DNA of 61,539 bases, counting the filler. It is 6 parts of 6 records of this genome, joined end to end, with 100 filler letters (N's around TTAATTAATTAA, not from the genome) between each part and the next. Parts side by side here need not be neighbours in the genome. Positions count along the whole stretch, not along the records: positions 48,891 to 61,539 come from DRR723986_21114; 5 more parts are not named here. One strand, given 5' to 3'. Position 1 is the first letter of the stretch. Each line of letters starts with the position of its first letter. Positions 58,004 through 61,539 of the stretch are shown here, piece by piece. The position numbers and the translations under genes were made by a program. The notes beneath the pieces were generated by a model. The model worked only from the letters and a program-made list of their open reading frames with translations, had not been told where the DNA came from and made no database searches.

Positions 58004-60607
58004 CTAGCGGCTTTTGTGTTCCAGGCTGAACGGGCGGCCCCAGTAATAACCCTGGCCCTGCAAGCCGGGAAACTGATGCAGCCAGAGGGCGATGGTTTCG
58101 TCTTCCACGCCTTCGACCACTACATCCAGGTCCAGAGCTGTGCCCAGCTCAAGAGCGGCACGCAGTATTTTCTGTCTTGAGGGGTAATCCAGTACCCCCT
58201 CCAGAAAACTGCGGTCGATTTTCAGCTCATCCAGCTCGAATTGTGCCAGGGCGCCAAGTGATGAGTGGCCGGATCCGAAGTCATCCAATGCTATCCGGAA
58301 GCCCATCGCGCTCAGGGTCCGGATGGTGCTGCGGGCCGTTTCCGGATCGGTCATCATGGCGGTTTCGGTAATTTCCAGGCTGACGTTGGCTGGCTCCAGC
58401 TTGTGTCGTCTCACGATGGCGCCGGCTTCCTCGTGGAACAGACTGTGGGCCAGATCTTTGGCGGAAATGTTCACTGCGACCGTAATATCACGCCCATACT
58501 GTTCACGAAGCTGATGGCTGTCCCTGCAGGCACGGTCCAGCACCCAGAGTGTGACCGTATGAATGATCCCCACTTCTTCGGCCAGGGGGATCCACTGGCT
58601 GGGCGCAATCCTGCCAAATTCCGGGTGCTGCCAGCGAATCAGGGCTTCCAGTGAGCCAATCCGGCCATCGCGGATGTTGATCTTGGGCTGGTACTCCAGC
58701 CACATTTCGCCGGAACACAGCGCTTGTTCCACATCCAGCATCAGCATTTGCTGGCGGTATTGCCACTCGGCAATGGCAGGATCATAAACCACCAGCGGCA
58801 GGCTTTCGTCCAGTGAGGCAAAGCCGGCACAGGCGAGTACGCCGGCCGGTTCTGCAGCATGTTCCGGGGCGTGGGCGACGCCAACCGAGGCGGCCCAGGA
58901 AAAGGAAAAACGGCCTTCGCGGAAGTTCTCGGACAACCAGCGGCTGATGGCCTGCAGACGTTGGCTCTCCAGCGCCTCGTCGGGATGGCGCAACAGGGCA
59001 AAGGCATGGTTGACGGTGTCCAGGGTGGCCACGCTGTAACCGTTGATCATCACCAGTTGATCGCCCACCGTTTGCTTCAGATGCCGGTTGAGTTGCCGCA
59101 GATACTGCTTCAGGAGTTCTTCGGCCGCTCGGTAGCCCAGGGCCTGTTCCAGTTCATTGAACCGGGCCAGGCGAATCATGCACAGGGTGTAGGGCGTTTT
59201 GTGGCAGTCCAGCGCGCCCAGGGTTTCCTCCAGCATGGGCCTGTTTGGCTTTCCGGTCACCCTGTGGGTTTTCAGCAAACGGTCATAATCACGCTCGATG
59301 CTGGCCCGGAGTTTCTGTTCCTCCTGAACCCGTATGTCCGAGCTCAGACGTTTTTTGCGCTCTTCCAGCAGCAGTTTACCTACACCACTGGTCAGGATCA
59401 GGGAGCCGGTGGCTGCGCCCAGGAAAAAGGCGGAGTCGGTCACCGCATTCACGGGTAGCCAGCCAACGGTACGAAGTGATGACGTGACAGCCCCGATCAC
59501 GATCGCCAGTACCGACAGGGCATAGTAGCGGGCGTAAACGTGGCTGTTCAGTTGGCGCAGACTCAGGGCAAAGATGAACAGCCCGCCGACGGCACTGCTC
59601 ATCAGGAAGGCATGTTGCCCCAGGAAATGAAACCCCAGAGGCGCAGCCAGCAGGTGCGCTCCGGCAAGAAGACTGAAGGCCCGGAGTATCCGGGCTTCAG
59701 TGCGGGCCAGTTGGAGGAAGTGTGGGGTAAACTCGCATAGCGCGATCAGGCACAGCGGCAGACTGATGCTGAGCAGGGCATTGAGCTCTGGCAGTGCCGG
59801 CCAGATCAGCCACAGGCCCAGGCCGTCCATCACCAGCTGGCTGTAGATAACACTGATCATCAGCACGCTCAGCCAGGCCAGGCCTGGTCGGCGGAGCTTG
59901 GCCACAATACTCAGGTTGAGTAAGAGTGCAAACACCAGCAGACCGGTGACAAACGACTTCCAGGCGGTGATGGCGGTGCCGGCACCGAGAGCCTCGGCGC
60001 TGTCTGACAGAATGACCGGCAACAGTACCGGGCCGTGATTCTGCACTTCCATCAGCAGGGTGGTGGTGCCCGGTTGCAGCGTGACCGGCCAGACCCACTG
60101 CGGTAGCGCCAGGAATCGTTGATCGAAGGGGTATCGGTCGCCCATGGCGGGCAGGCGTTCAATCTGGCCGTCCGGGTGAATCAGGGCCGGCTGCAGGTGG
60201 TCCAGGTAGGGTGCCGGTACCGTCACCTGGCTGGTCGCAGGTTCTGACGTCGGATTCTCGAGTGTCAGCCGGAACGTGGCGGGCTGGTAGGGGTAGCCGA
60301 TTCCGGAATAGCGGGTATCCGTGCGGCTCCAGGCTTGGGATTGCCAGAGTTTGTCTTGCAGCACCTTGCCCAGAGGGTGGATCAGATATTCGATCTGGCC
60401 AGTGATGCGAGGGCCGGTTGCGGAGCTGTCGGTCTGGACCGAAGGACTGACCGACAGGGTCGGCAGTTCCTGCCAGAAGGTGGTGGCAAGTCCGTAGGTA
60501 ATGGCCAGGAGAAGGATGACAAACGGAAATGACTGGTGCAGCCACGCCGGTAATCTGCCCGAGCGGGTTTCCCTGGAGAGAGTCTGGCCGAGCGACGGAG
60601 AGTCCAT
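58004..60607 (-). CDS. 7TM-DISM sensor with degenerate GGDEF and EAL phosphodiesterase domain
   Basis: APYLDHL..GDRYPFDQR extracellular DISM domain, about 7 TM, HRVTGKPNR (no GGDEF motif), EALIRW, DDFGSG, EGVE. Confidence 0.9.
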   Translation of the reverse strand: MDSPSLGQTLSRETRSGRLPAWLHQSFPFVILLLAITYGLATTFWQELPTLSVSPSVQTDSSATGPRITGQIEYLIHPLGKVLQDKLWQSQAWSRTDTRYSGIGYPYQPATFRLTLENPTSEPATSQVTVPAPYLDHLQPALIHPDGQIERLPAMGDRYPFDQRFLALPQWVWPVTLQPGTTTLLMEVQNHGPVLLPVILSDSAEALGAGTAITAWKSFVTGLLVFALLLNLSIVAKLRRPGLAWLSVLMISVIYSQLVMDGLGLWLIWPALPELNALLSISLPLCLIALCEFTPHFLQLARTEARILRAFSLLAGAHLLAAPLGFHFLGQHAFLMSSAVGGLFIFALSLRQLNSHVYARYYALSVLAIVIGAVTSSLRTVGWLPVNAVTDSAFFLGAATGSLILTSGVGKLLLEERKKRLSSDIRVQEEQKLRASIERDYDRLLKTHRVTGKPNRPMLEETLGALDCHKTPYTLCMIRLARFNELEQALGYRAAEELLKQYLRQLNRHLKQTVGDQLVMINGYSVATLDTVNHAFALLRHPDEALESQRLQAISRWLSENFREGRFSFSWAASVGVAHAPEHAAEPAGVLACAGFASLDESLPLVVYDPAIAEWQYRQQMLMLDVEQALCSGEMWLEYQPKINIRDGRIGSLEALIRWQHPEFGRIAPSQWIPLAEEVGIIHTVTLWVLDRACRDSHQLREQYGRDITVAVNISAKDLAHSLFHEEAGAIVRRHKLEPANVSLEITETAMMTDPETARSTIRTLSAMGFRIALDDFGSGHSSLGALAQFELDELKIDRSFLEGVLDYPSRQKILRAALELGTALDLDVVVEGVEDETIALWLHQFPGLQGQGYYWGRPFSLEHKSR

Positions 60608-60836
60608 CCTGAACGCATCCTGAAACTGGAAAGCGGTGCCGTTACACTCTGGTTACAATGATTAACAAGATGTAACGAATTGATTTGAATGAAATTTTAC
60701 ATGAATTTAAGATATTTTGCATTTGCTGTTTAAAACGCATGATTGAAAATGAGACCTGCGCCCGGCCCATATGCGCTGATATAGTTCGCGATATCGATCT
60801 ATTCCCAGTTAAGGCCTGAGAGGCAGGTAGTTCACC

Positions 60837-61539
60837 ATGCGTTACTCCGTATTTCTCACTGTTGTCGTCTTTCTCCTGGCGGTGTCCTGCCAGAGTGCTG
60901 CCAGTCCTGAACGGGTTCCGAACCTGGCGTCGGTGCAGGCAGCTGCGGCGGAGGTTGGCCAAGAGGGCTTGCTGTTCGGGAAGCATGCCAATCGTCCGGT
61001 GCCTGTGGCGTCGATCACCAAACTGATGACCGCACTTGTGGTGGTGGAATCCGGACAGGACATGGATGAGTGGCTGACCTTCGAAGAACGTCATGTCGAG
61101 GCTGCTGCGAACGCCTGGAGCCGCATTCGGGTGGGGTCCCAGCTTCGGCGCCGGGACGTGCTGCGGATTGCCCTGATGTCATCAGAGAACTTTGCGGCCT
61201 ACACTCTGGCACGTACCTATCCTGGCGGCTTCGATGGTTTTGTGGCCGAGATGAACGCCACAGCCAAAGCCCTGGGGATGGCTCAGACCCGATTTGTTGA
61301 CCCGACTGGCCTCTCTGCCGACAACGTGTCCACGGCGGCCGATCTGGTAATCCTGGCACGTGCTGCGCTCAAGCATCCTGATATTCGTGAAGCCTCTACC
61401 ACCGGCTACTACCGGGCCGAGTTCCGGAAACCCCGGTACAGCCTGTCGTTTGGCAATACCAATGCGTTGGTGCACCGGGACAGCTGGGGCGTGAGCCTGA
61501 GTAAAACCGGATACCTGACAGAGGCGGGGCGCTGCCTGG
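60837..61539 (+). CDS. pbpG: D-alanyl-D-alanine endopeptidase PBP7; runs off the window end (not in ORF track)
   Basis: ATG 60837, signal MRYSVFLTVVVFLL; ASITKLMT (SxxK), MSSEN (SxN), FVDPTGLS, SKTGY (KTG). Confidence 0.92.
   Translation, partial: MRYSVFLTVVVFLLAVSCQSAASPERVPNLASVQAAAAEVGQEGLLFGKHANRPVPVASITKLMTALVVVESGQDMDEWLTFEERHVEAAANAWSRIRVGSQLRRRDVLRIALMSSENFAAYTLARTYPGGFDGFVAEMNATAKALGMAQTRFVDPTGLSADNVSTAADLVILARAALKHPDIREASTTGYYRAEFRKPRYSLSFGNTNALVHRDSWGVSLSKTGYLTEAGRCL

Overview
This window is not one locus. It is six unrelated contigs joined by artificial 100-nt spacers (44 N + TTAATTAATTAA + 44 N), most likely from a marine metagenome or mixed assembly. (1) 1-25786 is an AT-rich Flavobacteriales-type Bacteroidota contig: recG; a diheme cytochrome c / DUF5777 barrel / heme-motif T9SS-protein trio; pgk-murF; anmK-amino acid dehydrogenase-nhaD-exbB-exbD-tonB-folC; T9SS cargo genes; xseAB; and tRNA-Val preceded by an odd pseudo-tRNA. 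(2) 25887-31958 is a mid-GC contig, probably FCB group: tRNA-Asp, tRNA-Ala, two tandem TPR-membrane paralogs and a DUF5916 protein. (3) 32059-37576 is Roseobacter-like: ALDH-DHDPS-GntR, an H-NOX-like gene with a diguanylate cyclase, and an MttB-family gene. (4) 37677-43207, (5) 43308-48790 and (6) 48891-61539 are Marinobacter-like Gammaproteobacteria: mutM, yrfG-hslR-hslO-pckA, thiQ, an Mla/MCE ABC system, pgsA, uvrC, csp, DLH, Yip1, phoD, a P-type ATPase, phosphoketolase, 7TM-DISM-EAL and pbpG. Taxonomy is inferred by eye from composition, promoter motifs and gene content. The best candidate for an undescribed system is 2173-5101: a TsdA/SoxA-like diheme cytochrome coupled to an outer-membrane barrel and a secreted CxxCH protein. 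Other leads are a tRNA-Val copy whose anticodon arm is replaced by a palindrome, an H-NOX-like protein lacking heme ligands, and a lipoprotein with tandem Tudor-like repeats. No CRISPR array, rRNA, integrase or transposase was seen.
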